A stretch of DNA of 64,000 nucleotides from contig CAWKCK010000018.1 in the NCBI GenBank assembly GCA_963848135.1, positions 510,938-574,937 on the forward strand. The letters run 5' to 3'. Under the pieces are notes generated by a model. That model was not told the origin of the DNA. It searched no databases and saw only the letters and a list, made by a program, of their open reading frames with translations. The position numbers and the translations under genes were made by a program. Origin of the DNA: an uncultured delta proteobacterium. Its GTDB lineage: Bacteria; Desulfobacterota; Desulfobacteria; Desulfobacterales; SG8-13. Positions 1 to 9,574 of the stretch are shown here, piece after piece (position 1 is the first letter of the stretch; each line of letters starts with the position of its first letter).

Positions 1-25
1 TTTTAGAGCACGCCTGCGTTGGAGT

Positions 26-2128
26 TTAACCCGTATTGCCTGGTGTCGTATCGAGAGTGTCCGGTTGGTTGCCACTGGATTCATCCTCCGATCCGGCAAC
101 CGGCCAAAAGACACTAAAGGCGGATCCCTTTCCCACCCGGCTTGTCACCGCTATTTCTCCGCCATATCCCTTGACAATACCGTGGATGATGGCCAATCCC
201 ATCCCGGTGCCGCCATCGTGTTTGCGGGTGGTGAAAAAGGGCTCGAATATGCGCTCCAGATGTTCGGCGGGTATACCGTGACCGGTATCGGCCACGGTCA
301 ATTTTACAAAGCCATTGGGGGCCACCAAATCGTCCCTCTCGACAGCTTTAGGTCCCTCCGTGGTGTTAGCCAATTTGACGGTCAGCGTTCCATTGCCGGA
401 AGGCATGGCACTGATGGCGTTCATGCATAGATTCGAAACCACCTGACTGACCGGTATTTCATCCGCCATGATCCGGGCGTCCGAGTCTACCGAAAGATGA
501 ATCTCAATGTTTTCCGGAGCCGTTGCGACGATTGTTTCCACGGCTTTCAAGACAACTTCCTTCAATTCTATCGGCTTCGGTTCCAACAGCTTCTGGCGGC
601 TGAAGACTTTTATCTGCACAACCAAATCTCTGGCCCGTTTGACTGTTTCACGGATTCCCACCAAGCAGGGCCTAATAGGCGATTCGACCGAGATCTCGTC
701 AAGGGCGGTATCGCTGTAAATCATTATCGCCTGAAGAAAATTGGTGAAGTCATGGGCGATAGCTCCGGACAGCCGACCCATAGCCTCCATTCTTTGGGCC
801 TGGACGAGTTGTTTTTCCAGACCCTTTCGCTCGGAAAGGTCCTGCCAGGTCTCAAGCGTTCCGAGGGAACGGCCGTTTTCGTCCCTGAACTGAACGATAG
901 CCGCCAGCAACCAACACCCATTATCTCCCAGTTGGGGGACAAATACTTCTACTTCCGAGGTCCCCGAAGAAATAACGCGGCGATGCGATCGAAGGTGAGT
1001 CGCCCCCTCCGCAGAATCATCTATGGAACAATCGCCGATCAATTTTAGAAGATAAGGGGTATCTTTATCTGCCGGGCTTGCGCTGTTCACCTCACGGCCG
1101 ACGGCATCGTTCGACAAGATGCCAGTCAGTTCTTCACAGGCCCGATTCCAAAAGAGTATTTTTCCGTTTCGATCCGCTACCAGAGTCGGGAAAGGCGTTC
1201 CCTGAACAATACGATTCAGAAGCACTTGGTTTTCCCGGAGGGCTTTGGTCCGGTGTATAACCAACCGATTCAAAGACCATATCCATACGCCCCCGAGAGC
1301 GAGAAGAAGGACCAGGGGCAAACCGAGCCATTTGGCGAGACTTACCAGCCTGTCCCTGAACTTGTTTTGTTCATAAACAGAAAACCATTTAAGGTATATG
1401 CGGTCGTACTCCCCACTATTCTGGACTAGGTAGAGGCCTTCATTGAGCAGAGCCAAAAGATCCGAATCCCCGGCCTTGACGGCAAATCCCATCTTCTGGG
1501 TTAACACCGGTGGTCCGATGGTTTTAAGGTTGCCGATCTTCTGGGACCGCATCAAGTCAAGTCCGTTCAGCCTGATGAGAACAGCACAGTCGTATTCTCC
1601 CTGGGATAACTTTCTCAATGCCTCTTCGGGGCGATCAACGGTTACAATTTTGGGTGTAAATTCATTCTGAAGCAGCCAATCGTGGGCATAAACACTTTTG
1701 ACCACAAGGATTTCCTTTCCTTTGAGATCCATGGGTGTTTTGATTGCAGAATCCTTGCGAACGAAAACAGCATAGGAAATAACAATGTGAGGGATCGAGA
1801 AGTCGTAAACTCTGTCCCGTTCCTGCGAATAGAGAACACCGGTCAATCCCTGGATTCGGCCGGTTTCGAGTTCATGCCTTATCGTGGCGAACGGGCCGAG
1901 ATCGATTTGTATTTTCAACCCCACTTGGCGGGCCACGGCTTTAATCAGGTCGATGTTGTAACCGTCCGGTTCATTCTCTTCATTGATAAACTCATAGGGG
2001 GAAAAGTCACTGTTGCCCCGGAAAATCTGCGTGCCGGCTTCTACAGTGTATCCGGGTATCATCAAACCGGGACAACAGGTCAGAAGCAGAAAAGCCAGGG
2101 TAGTCGTGATGGATGCTTTTTGATGCAT
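26..2128 (-). CDS. Sensor histidine kinase with periplasmic substrate-binding (PBPb) domain, TM, PAS, HisKA and HATPase domains
   Basis: Signal peptide, DFSPYEF PBPb motif, H-box GAIAHDFTN, N-box NLCMNA, DTGHG and GTGMGL boxes. Confidence 0.9.
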   Translation of the reverse strand: MHQKASITTTLAFLLLTCCPGLMIPGYTVEAGTQIFRGNSDFSPYEFINEENEPDGYNIDLIKAVARQVGLKIQIDLGPFATIRHELETGRIQGLTGVLYSQERDRVYDFSIPHIVISYAVFVRKDSAIKTPMDLKGKEILVVKSVYAHDWLLQNEFTPKIVTVDRPEEALRKLSQGEYDCAVLIRLNGLDLMRSQKIGNLKTIGPPVLTQKMGFAVKAGDSDLLALLNEGLYLVQNSGEYDRIYLKWFSVYEQNKFRDRLVSLAKWLGLPLVLLLALGGVWIWSLNRLVIHRTKALRENQVLLNRIVQGTPFPTLVADRNGKILFWNRACEELTGILSNDAVGREVNSASPADKDTPYLLKLIGDCSIDDSAEGATHLRSHRRVISSGTSEVEVFVPQLGDNGCWLLAAIVQFRDENGRSLGTLETWQDLSERKGLEKQLVQAQRMEAMGRLSGAIAHDFTNFLQAIMIYSDTALDEISVESPIRPCLVGIRETVKRARDLVVQIKVFSRQKLLEPKPIELKEVVLKAVETIVATAPENIEIHLSVDSDARIMADEIPVSQVVSNLCMNAISAMPSGNGTLTVKLANTTEGPKAVERDDLVAPNGFVKLTVADTGHGIPAEHLERIFEPFFTTRKHDGGTGMGLAIIHGIVKGYGGEIAVTSRVGKGSAFSVFWPVAGSEDESSGNQPDTLDTTPGNTG

Positions 2129-2129
2129 T

Positions 2130-2981
2130 TTAGGTATAGATCTGCCTCGTCGGCGATTCTTTGATCAGTGACGCCCGTTGCTGAATGAACGCGTGAATAG
2201 GTTTTAGATCGGCGGTAATGGCAGACTCCGGGCAAAGGCGAACGCAGTTGAAGCAATGGATACAAAGACCGGTCATATGCGGGGCATTTGCAAGGGTTAT
2301 CGCACCTACGGGGCAGTTATCCCTGCAAATGCCGCAAACAGTGCAAAGTGCGGCATCGACCTTTTTGGGGGGAAATCCTGCTTTGGCGGCTTCGAAACTT
2401 CTTTGGAGCATCTGTTGCCGAAGATCAGGGTCCTGGTAATCAAGGTCGCTCAGTGAAATACCGGAGGGGGCCGTTGTTTTCAATTTTTCGGTTACGAGCG
2501 CCACCAGGTCTTCGATCATGCGGTCATCGTCCTCATTCGGGTGATTGAGTCCCAGTGGGGTATCCTCGGCCCACATCATCGAGTGTCTGGCCGTCACTTT
2601 GGCCGCCCCCAGCACCGAATATCCCTTTTTTTCAAGCGCGGTCCCCATTTCGTAAAGGGCTACGCCGCTGGTGACGGCCCCCCAAGTGACAAACGGTACC
2701 GAAAACCCGTTTTGAATCTTAGGCAAACGCGAGATGAGCGCCATCACCGGCGGTACTGGATGGGCCGCGTATACGGGTGAGCCGATATACAGGCAGACCC
2801 TGGCATCTTCTTCAAGGAGTTGTCCAATTATCAAATCGATGCCCGCAGCGTCAGCCAGGTCGATCACGGTAACTGGGATGTCCATGGCTTCAATCTTGTG
2901 CGCCATGGTTCGGGCCACCCGCGCGGTACTGCCAGCTGGTGAACAGAAAACAACGAATGCGGAGCATTTTTTTAAGGACAT
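2130..2981 (-). CDS. EFR1-type flavodoxin/4Fe-4S dicluster protein
   Basis: N-terminal SPAGST flavodoxin loop; two CxxCxxCxxxCP motifs; start placed at MSLKK. Confidence 0.8.
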   Translation of the reverse strand: MSLKKCSAFVVFCSPAGSTARVARTMAHKIEAMDIPVTVIDLADAAGIDLIIGQLLEEDARVCLYIGSPVYAAHPVPPVMALISRLPKIQNGFSVPFVTWGAVTSGVALYEMGTALEKKGYSVLGAAKVTARHSMMWAEDTPLGLNHPNEDDDRMIEDLVALVTEKLKTTAPSGISLSDLDYQDPDLRQQMLQRSFEAAKAGFPPKKVDAALCTVCGICRDNCPVGAITLANAPHMTGLCIHCFNCVRLCPESAITADLKPIHAFIQQRASLIKESPTRQIYT

Positions 2982-3157
2982 CGGCTCTTCTCTCTCAGCA
3001 GTTTGTTGTGTCCATTGACTCTTCAAGGACGCAAAATACTATAAAAATATAACTAAATTACAGATGGATCCAAAATGGAATCTTCTCTGGTCGCTGATCG
3101 GCTTGCAACAATCTAACACCGGTTGAATGCGTCCGAGCATCGATACTTAGTGGAAAT

Positions 3158-3970
3158 TTATGGACTGGTCTCTTCGAAGTATGCATCGATGATCTGTTTG
3201 GTCTGCAGCAAACCCTCCACGTCCCTGATTTCCAACGTCCACCAGGAGCAGTCGGTCCGCTGGAGAATGTCCAGGCGACTAATGATGTCGTCAAGTCGTT
3301 TGGGTGGAAGATGGCCGACGCCCGGAATTTCGGTATCGTATACGTGCGCGTTGAAAACCCGGTTCGCGTGGGGGGTTACAAAATCCTCGGCATCGAACTG
3401 CTGACTGCGCACGGCCTCGCAGACCTGGGCATGGCCGATATCGAAAGTAACACCCGCGCCGGAGCGGCGAACCAATTTCTCGAAAAGGTTCGGCTTGCTG
3501 GTCCAACCCCAGGCGAGATTCTCCAGGCAGACCTTTACCCCCCTGTCCGCGCCATACTGCACCATGCGTCTCAAGTTTCTGATCGTGTCATTCCAGGAAA
3601 GGATTCTGGTCGTGTCGAGTTCCAGGCCAATATGCAATGTAAGGAACTTGCCGTTCGTCTTGGAGACGAGCTTCGTGATGCGTTGAAACAGGTCCACAGC
3701 CGCTTCGCCTCTGTCACGATCTTCATGCCCGATGTCAACCTTTGGAAAAGGGCAATGAAATCTAATTTCGAGCGGATCCAAAGCAGCCAGAAAATCGACC
3801 CAGCGGGATTCATCCGCCGGCCGCCTCGGAAGGTTCTCTATGTCAAAAGACCAGTCGATTCCGCCAAAGCCCTGATCCAATGCCATCCGTTTCAATCGGT
3901 CCAAGTCGGTAATGAAATTGCATATGGCCAGTTTGGGTTTTCCAGTGAATTTTCTTATAACCATGATCAC
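3158..3970 (-). CDS. Sugar-phosphate isomerase/epimerase (AP-endonuclease-2 TIM barrel) family protein
   Basis: CLENL, FDIGHA, AHVYD, HLPP and TLE metal-ligand motifs. Confidence 0.75.
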   Translation of the reverse strand: MIMVIRKFTGKPKLAICNFITDLDRLKRMALDQGFGGIDWSFDIENLPRRPADESRWVDFLAALDPLEIRFHCPFPKVDIGHEDRDRGEAAVDLFQRITKLVSKTNGKFLTLHIGLELDTTRILSWNDTIRNLRRMVQYGADRGVKVCLENLAWGWTSKPNLFEKLVRRSGAGVTFDIGHAQVCEAVRSQQFDAEDFVTPHANRVFNAHVYDTEIPGVGHLPPKRLDDIISRLDILQRTDCSWWTLEIRDVEGLLQTKQIIDAYFEETSP

Positions 3971-4016
3971 AGTGCTCCGGGTTGCATCCTCGAAGGGAAT
4001 TACGTATTATCTTAGC

Positions 4017-4161
4017 AGCAGGTTGTTGAAAAACGATTGCATTTGATAATACGGCGTTGTAATCCTCCCCAAACTGCTCATTTAGCACGCATAAACCCCG
4101 TTTTTCGTCGGATTTTGCCTTGTCTATCCTTCGCTCATGACGTTTTTCAACACCCTGTTAG
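4017..4161. mobile_element. MITE-like repeat, copy 1
   Basis: Terminal IRs AGCAGGTTGTTGAAAAACG / CGTTTTTCAACACCCTGTTA; internal sequence homologous (inverted) to 18797-18967. Confidence 0.75.
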
Positions 4162-4304
4162 TCTTCATCCGACGGTTAGAGATGTTAAATTGCATCAACG
4201 GCGCACCAGCATTACCTTTACTAACCCTATCTGCGATTGCAGATTTAGCATGGTTCCCCTGGGCAAGTCCAGGTTGAAATCGCCGGTTTGGAGTTCCTTA
4301 TATT

Positions 4305-5462
4305 ATGAAACCAATATATTTGGATTACAACGGTACCACGCCGCATGCACCGGAAGTCATAGAAGCCATGCGGCCTTATCTTGAAACCGAATTCGGCAAC
4401 CCCTCCAGTTCTCACTGGTATGGTGCCGGACCGAGGCGGGCAGTGGATACCGCCCGCAGGCAGGTAGCCCGGATACTCAATTGTCGACCGCAAGAAGTGA
4501 TCTTCACCAGTGGCGGTACGGAGTCGAACAACCATGCCATCCGGGGAGCTGCGCGCGCCTTGCGCGCTAAGGGCAATCACATCATCACCAGCGTTGTCGA
4601 GCACCCGGCAGTGCTGGAGGTCTGCCGCTATTTGGAAGGCGATGGATTCAAAACAACCTTTCTGCCAGTAGACGCCGAGGGTATCGTAGATCCTGCGGCC
4701 GTCGAAAGAGCAATCCGTCCTGAAACCATTTTGGTTACCATTATGCATGCCAACAATGAGGTCGGCACGATCCAACCCATTTCTGAAATATCGCGAATCG
4801 CCAAGAGCCGCGGTATCGCTGTGCACACCGATGCCGCCCAGTCAGTGGGCAAAATTTCGTCTGATGTTCAAGAGCTTGGCGTTGACCTTCTATCATTGGC
4901 CGGTCACAAAATCTATGCACCCAAAGGCATAGGGGCTCTCTATATTCGTTCGCCGTTGACGCCCGAGAAATTCTGCCATGGTGCCGGTCAGGAAATGGCA
5001 CGAAGAGCGGGTACGGAAAATGTGCTCGAAATTGTCGGATTGGGAAAAGCCTGTGACATTGCGGCCCAAAACCTGCGGACGAACATGGCTCAAATGCAGC
5101 AGCAGCGGGATCGCCTGCATAAGGGCCTGAACCGGGTAGTGGAAGATATACGCCTTAACGGTCACCCGCTGAAACGCTTGCCGAATACATTGAGCCTATC
5201 CTTCAAAGGACTCGCGGCCAATCGCCTTCTGGAGGAAATCGGAAGCGAAGTCGCGCTTTCAGCCGGCGCAGCTTGCCATTCGGATTCGGTATCGGTCTCG
5301 CATGTCCTCAGGGCCATGGCTGTCCCGCTTGAATGGGCCAAAGGGTGTTTGCGTTTCAGCCTCGGACGAATGACGACCCCCGAAGAAATCGACAGAACCA
5401 TTGCAGCGGTGGCTGCAGCCGTCAATAAGATGCGTTATGAAAACCCACCGACAATTTTTTAG
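4305..5462 (+). CDS. Group I NifS/IscS-family cysteine desulfurase (possibly Sec lyase-like)
   Basis: IYLDYNGTT, FTSGGTE, HTDAAQ, GHKIYAPKG, SAGAACH. Confidence 0.9.
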   Translation: MKPIYLDYNGTTPHAPEVIEAMRPYLETEFGNPSSSHWYGAGPRRAVDTARRQVARILNCRPQEVIFTSGGTESNNHAIRGAARALRAKGNHIITSVVEHPAVLEVCRYLEGDGFKTTFLPVDAEGIVDPAAVERAIRPETILVTIMHANNEVGTIQPISEISRIAKSRGIAVHTDAAQSVGKISSDVQELGVDLLSLAGHKIYAPKGIGALYIRSPLTPEKFCHGAGQEMARRAGTENVLEIVGLGKACDIAAQNLRTNMAQMQQQRDRLHKGLNRVVEDIRLNGHPLKRLPNTLSLSFKGLAANRLLEEIGSEVALSAGAACHSDSVSVSHVLRAMAVPLEWAKGCLRFSLGRMTTPEEIDRTIAAVAAAVNKMRYENPPTIF

Positions 5463-5576
5463 CCCGCGTTTTTCGTATAATTTTTTCAGCAGATCACAAT
5501 TCGGGCTGCCCCCATTTCTCTGGACAAGAATAATGCGGTATTCGCGTCCGTAAACTCTTTGCAGGCATTCCGTCAA

Positions 5577-6167
5577 TCAGATCTCGCTTTTGTGTATGAA
5601 TCTCAGCCTTTCAGAAATCTTCCACGACTTTAAAAGCACGGCAACGCTTCTTGGGACCGCATCTTCCCAGGAATGACCTTGAGCCATTTTCATTCGAATG
5701 TCGCTGCCGCTCAACCCTTTATCCTTAGGCTCAACCTCCCAAAGCACATACACATTCAGGCCGATGGATTCGAAATATTGCTTTTTCCGCCGCCCCCAGT
5801 CGTCGTATATGGAAAGGAAGTACACGGCATCGAGGGGAACATAGTGCCGATATCGATCCGGTCTACTAATGGGCAGGGGCACGATGCTAAACTCTTCCAT
5901 GGCCACACCGGATTCAACCAGTGCCGCGCGGATGATTTGATACCTTTCATAATAGGTTAGCGGGTTGGCAAGCGGCGTGCCACGGTTCGTATCTGCCGGT
6001 TCCTCTTCGATCAGGGCAGGGTCCGGATTGGTTATACCAACAACCAAATGGGTGCACAATTCTTTACCGGCCAGCAAATACCTGAGGTGATCATTGTGAA
6101 GGATCTGGAATCGTCCATGGATAACACCGGTATCGTATTGAAATATTTTGTCAGGTCGTGATGTCAT
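5577..6167 (-). CDS. Nucleotidyltransferase (NMN/nicotinate-nucleotide adenylyltransferase-like)
   Basis: HGRFQILHNDH (HxGH variant), VGITNPD, NPLTYYER, LSGSDIR; start placed at MTSRP. Confidence 0.8.
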   Translation of the reverse strand: MTSRPDKIFQYDTGVIHGRFQILHNDHLRYLLAGKELCTHLVVGITNPDPALIEEEPADTNRGTPLANPLTYYERYQIIRAALVESGVAMEEFSIVPLPISRPDRYRHYVPLDAVYFLSIYDDWGRRKKQYFESIGLNVYVLWEVEPKDKGLSGSDIRMKMAQGHSWEDAVPRSVAVLLKSWKISERLRFIHKSEI

Positions 6168-6383
6168 TACCACACACTTTCCTCCAGATACCAAAACGTC
6201 CAAGCAAGCCGCGGTATTTTCCCTCCGGGTGGTTGCGTCGATTGGCCGGTCGGTATTTCGGCGCTGTGTACCACATGTTCGCCTGCATAATCGTTTATTC
6301 GCTATTGCGTTCAGTCCGAACAATGCCGGTACGTATCGAATGGCAATATTCTAGAATGAATAAAACACCCTTCATGATCGACG

Positions 6384-6851
6384 TCAATCGTTTCGGCCAA
6401 TGGCGGCAATGCGGCAGTTCAACGCCATTGCAATGTCCTTCGGTGCTATTTTCAACATCACTCCCCTTTGTCCGCCATTGATCATTACAGTATCGAACTT
6501 GCGGATCGGTTCATCAAGAACCGTCGGAAGCGTCTGTTTTGTTCCGAACGGACTGATTCCCCCCACCAGGTATCCGGTCAAACGCTCGGCGGTAGCCGTA
6601 TCGGCCAGGGTTGCCCGTTTTACCCCAAACACTGCTGCCAGCAACTTGAAGTCCAGCCGGCAATTCCCCGTCGTCAAGGCCAGGCAATTCCTCCCGTCGT
6701 CCAAACCGGCAACCAGGGTTTTAACGGTCTGTTCGAGCGGAAATCCGGTCGATAGAGCGGCAAACTCGGCGCCTTTCTCGTCGTGAGGGTATCTGACAAC
6801 TTCAAAGCGAATCATTTTTCGTTTGAGAAATTGAATGGCGCGCGTGGCCAT
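6384..6851 (-). CDS. ybaK: YbaK/EbsC aminoacyl-tRNA deacylase
   Basis: KTLV, TGYLVGGISPFG, NGGQRG. Confidence 0.85.
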   Translation of the reverse strand: MATRAIQFLKRKMIRFEVVRYPHDEKGAEFAALSTGFPLEQTVKTLVAGLDDGRNCLALTTGNCRLDFKLLAAVFGVKRATLADTATAERLTGYLVGGISPFGTKQTLPTVLDEPIRKFDTVMINGGQRGVMLKIAPKDIAMALNCRIAAIGRND

Positions 6852-7231
6852 AAGGTACTCCTGCCGTTTTGCCCGGCATTCCCCCAGCATCAGAGAAGTA
6901 ATTACTGATAAAAGGTTGCCGTTGAGATGTCAATTTGAAAACAAATATTTTCGTGATGATTTGGATAGAATTTTTCTATACATACACCGGTCCGGGTAAG
7001 GATGAGCAATATTATAGGTCCTTTGCGCCTACGCATGCCACTTCGTTTGTACCCGAATACGGAATTCGTTTAATCCTATTCACTTTTTAGGGGTATTTTT
7101 CAACCCCATTTCCTCACGGAGCCTTATTTTATAGGCATTTAGATGTTGACTTTCCAGAGCAGTTATATTAAATTCGCTTATACATTGGGTTTACGGAGTA
7201 TAAACCTAAATACAAAAAAAGGGGGAATCAG

Positions 7232-7504
7232 ATGACAAAGGCAGATTTGATCGAAAAGATGGCAAAGGATGCAGACATTCCCAAGGTGAGCGCGGGCAAA
7301 GCGCTCGACTCATTCATGGCCAACATCGGCAAGGCGCTGAAGAAAAAAGACGGCAAGGTCACCCTGGTCGGCTTCGGCACTTTCATGAAAACCCGTCGCA
7401 AAGCCCGCAAAGGCCGTAATCCGCAAACCGGCGCCATGATCAAAATCAAGGCCAAGAACGTCGTAAAGTTCAAGCCCGGCAAAAAACTCAGAGACGCTGT
7501 GTAG
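7232..7504 (+). CDS. hup: HU family DNA-binding protein
   Basis: MTKADLI, LVGFGTF, GRNPQTG, KFKPGK. Confidence 0.95.
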   Translation: MTKADLIEKMAKDADIPKVSAGKALDSFMANIGKALKKKDGKVTLVGFGTFMKTRRKARKGRNPQTGAMIKIKAKNVVKFKPGKKLRDAV

Positions 7505-7530
7505 CCCGGACCAGGGACACTGACCCCAGG

Positions 7531-7575
7531 CAAAAAAGGCAGTCAATCCCATTCGAGGGGATTTGCTGCCTTTTT
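7531..7575. terminator. Bidirectional intrinsic terminator
   Basis: AAAAAAGGCAG..AATCCC / GGGATTTGCTGCCTTTTT between convergent genes. Confidence 0.75.
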
Positions 7576-7624
7576 CAATTCAAAGAGATCAGTTCACGTG
7601 GTGTGTCGCTGGTAACGAACTGAT

Positions 7625-8011
7625 CTATTCGTCCGTACCCTGCTGATAAGGTTTGCCGCACTCCTTGCAACGGCCGTTCGGTCCGATCACCCCGATACAG
7701 TTACCATCGCTGCATAAGACCCGGTTTTCCCAAACCGGATCATCCGTCTCATCTGCGGCTTCTGATTCCACCCCTTCGTCACCAGCGGCTTTTTCGTCAG
7801 GTTGGTCATTTGGCTGGATGTCAGGTTGCTCAGGGATGCCCTGTTGGGGTATCGGTACCTGACCGTCGTAAGGTTTACCACATTCCTTGCAACGGCCGTT
7901 CGGTCCGATCACTCCGATACAGTTGCCGTCGCTGCACAAAACGCGGTGTGACCAATCATCATCGTCGCCGGACGGGCTCTCTTCGAATTCTTCTGACCTT
8001 TCTTCGTTCAT
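7625..8011 (-). CDS. Acidic protein with two Cys4 (putative Zn-finger) repeats
   Basis: RVLCSDGNCIGVIGPNGRCKECGKPY occurs twice; GGAG RBS before ATG 8011. Confidence 0.7.
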   Translation of the reverse strand: MNEERSEEFEESPSGDDDDWSHRVLCSDGNCIGVIGPNGRCKECGKPYDGQVPIPQQGIPEQPDIQPNDQPDEKAAGDEGVESEAADETDDPVWENRVLCSDGNCIGVIGPNGRCKECGKPYQQGTDE

Positions 8012-8357
8012 TTGTAAATCTCCGAATTCAGGGTCGGCCGTCGCCGCCCTCGAATTATGGCTGATAGTTTTTAGTATTCCACCCTTCCGTATTTCAGAAT
8101 TTATTTTTGAAAAGCAGTATAATCCCTCTGAATATACTCCGCAAGGCCCTAATTTAGCATTTAGAGAACGCAAACTCAACATCATTATCGACCCAAAACC
8201 GGGGACAATGTCGATCCCCGATGATCAGAGATGCAGAAGCCAGTTTCGGGTCGTGTGTTGAATCCAGGGAAAAAACTCTTAAATTAGAAAGGAATTCGAC
8301 TTGTAAAATACGCACGGTAGATGGAATATTGGAAACATTAACAAGGGAGTATCACCA

Positions 8358-9227
8358 ATGCATTACGAAGGAAACATCATTCGGCCACCGAGTGAGGCCA
8401 ATAGCATTCTTCTTCAGGTTACCGTGGGATGTTCACACAACAAGTGCACATTCTGTGGTACCTATCGCGGGGAACGTTTCCGAATAAAGTCCGACGAAGT
8501 CATTTGGGAAGATATCGACTTTGCCGCCCGGCACTGCACGCATCAGCGCCGTGTGTTTCTCTGCGATGGCGATGCGCTGATAATCCCTCACCGCCGACTC
8601 ATGCGTATTGTGTTGGCAATAAAGGAAAAACTCCCCTGGGTGACACGCATCGGTCTATATGCCAACACCAAAAGCCTGAAAATGAAGAGCATTGAAGAGC
8701 TGAAGGAACTAAGGTCGCATGGCCTGGGGATTGCCTACATGGGTCTTGAAACCGGTGACGATGTGACCTTGAAAGCCATACACAAGGGATCGACGGCTAC
8801 AGAAATGATTGATATGGGCTGCAAGGCCAGGAAAGCCGGACTTAAGTTGTCGGTAACCGTTCTGCTCGGCATTGCTGGCCGCAACCGTTCCGCGATTCAT
8901 GCACGTGAAACCGGAAGGGTCCTATCCGCTATAGATCCGGAGTATGTCGGCGCCCTGAGCCTCATGCTTATTCCTGGAACACCTCTCTGCCAGGATTTCG
9001 AAGCGGACCGATTCGAAATGGTCGAACCGGTAGACATGCTGCAGGAATTGCGAACGATGATCGAATGCACTCACATGACTCGTGGAATGTTTCATGCCAA
9101 CCATGCTTCCAACTATTTACCGATAAAAGCCAGAATGCCCAAAGACAAGGAAACGACCCTCAAACTGATCGATTCTGCACTTTCGGGCAAAATCAGATTG
9201 AAGCCCGAGTTCATGAGAGCCCTTTAA
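8358..9227 (+). CDS. Radical SAM protein
   Basis: CSHNKCTFC motif; N-terminal RPPSEA. Confidence 0.9.
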   Translation: MHYEGNIIRPPSEANSILLQVTVGCSHNKCTFCGTYRGERFRIKSDEVIWEDIDFAARHCTHQRRVFLCDGDALIIPHRRLMRIVLAIKEKLPWVTRIGLYANTKSLKMKSIEELKELRSHGLGIAYMGLETGDDVTLKAIHKGSTATEMIDMGCKARKAGLKLSVTVLLGIAGRNRSAIHARETGRVLSAIDPEYVGALSLMLIPGTPLCQDFEADRFEMVEPVDMLQELRTMIECTHMTRGMFHANHASNYLPIKARMPKDKETTLKLIDSALSGKIRLKPEFMRAL

Positions 9228-9574
9228 CCGCCATTGACCCATCATTCATTTTCTCTCAAAGAGGGCACCCGATAGACCCCAAAGCGTAAACCATCGACGA
9301 ATGATGGCAGTATCCTCCCGGGCAACAAATCATACGTGAGAGAATATTCATCCCAGGGCGCAATACCGCGTAAAGGCCTTTGCCACGGCACGTGTCACCC
9401 AAAACGACCTCGCATTCGCAACTGTGAAAAAGGGAAGAAAATCGCCATGCCAGTCCCCGATATACAAACGATTATTTATGGATGAACCCTGACGATTAAA
9501 AGGCTTGCCTTCACTTAGCCATGAATGCTAATAGCCGGAGCGAACCGATGCAATTAAAGGAGGATTCCACCGCG

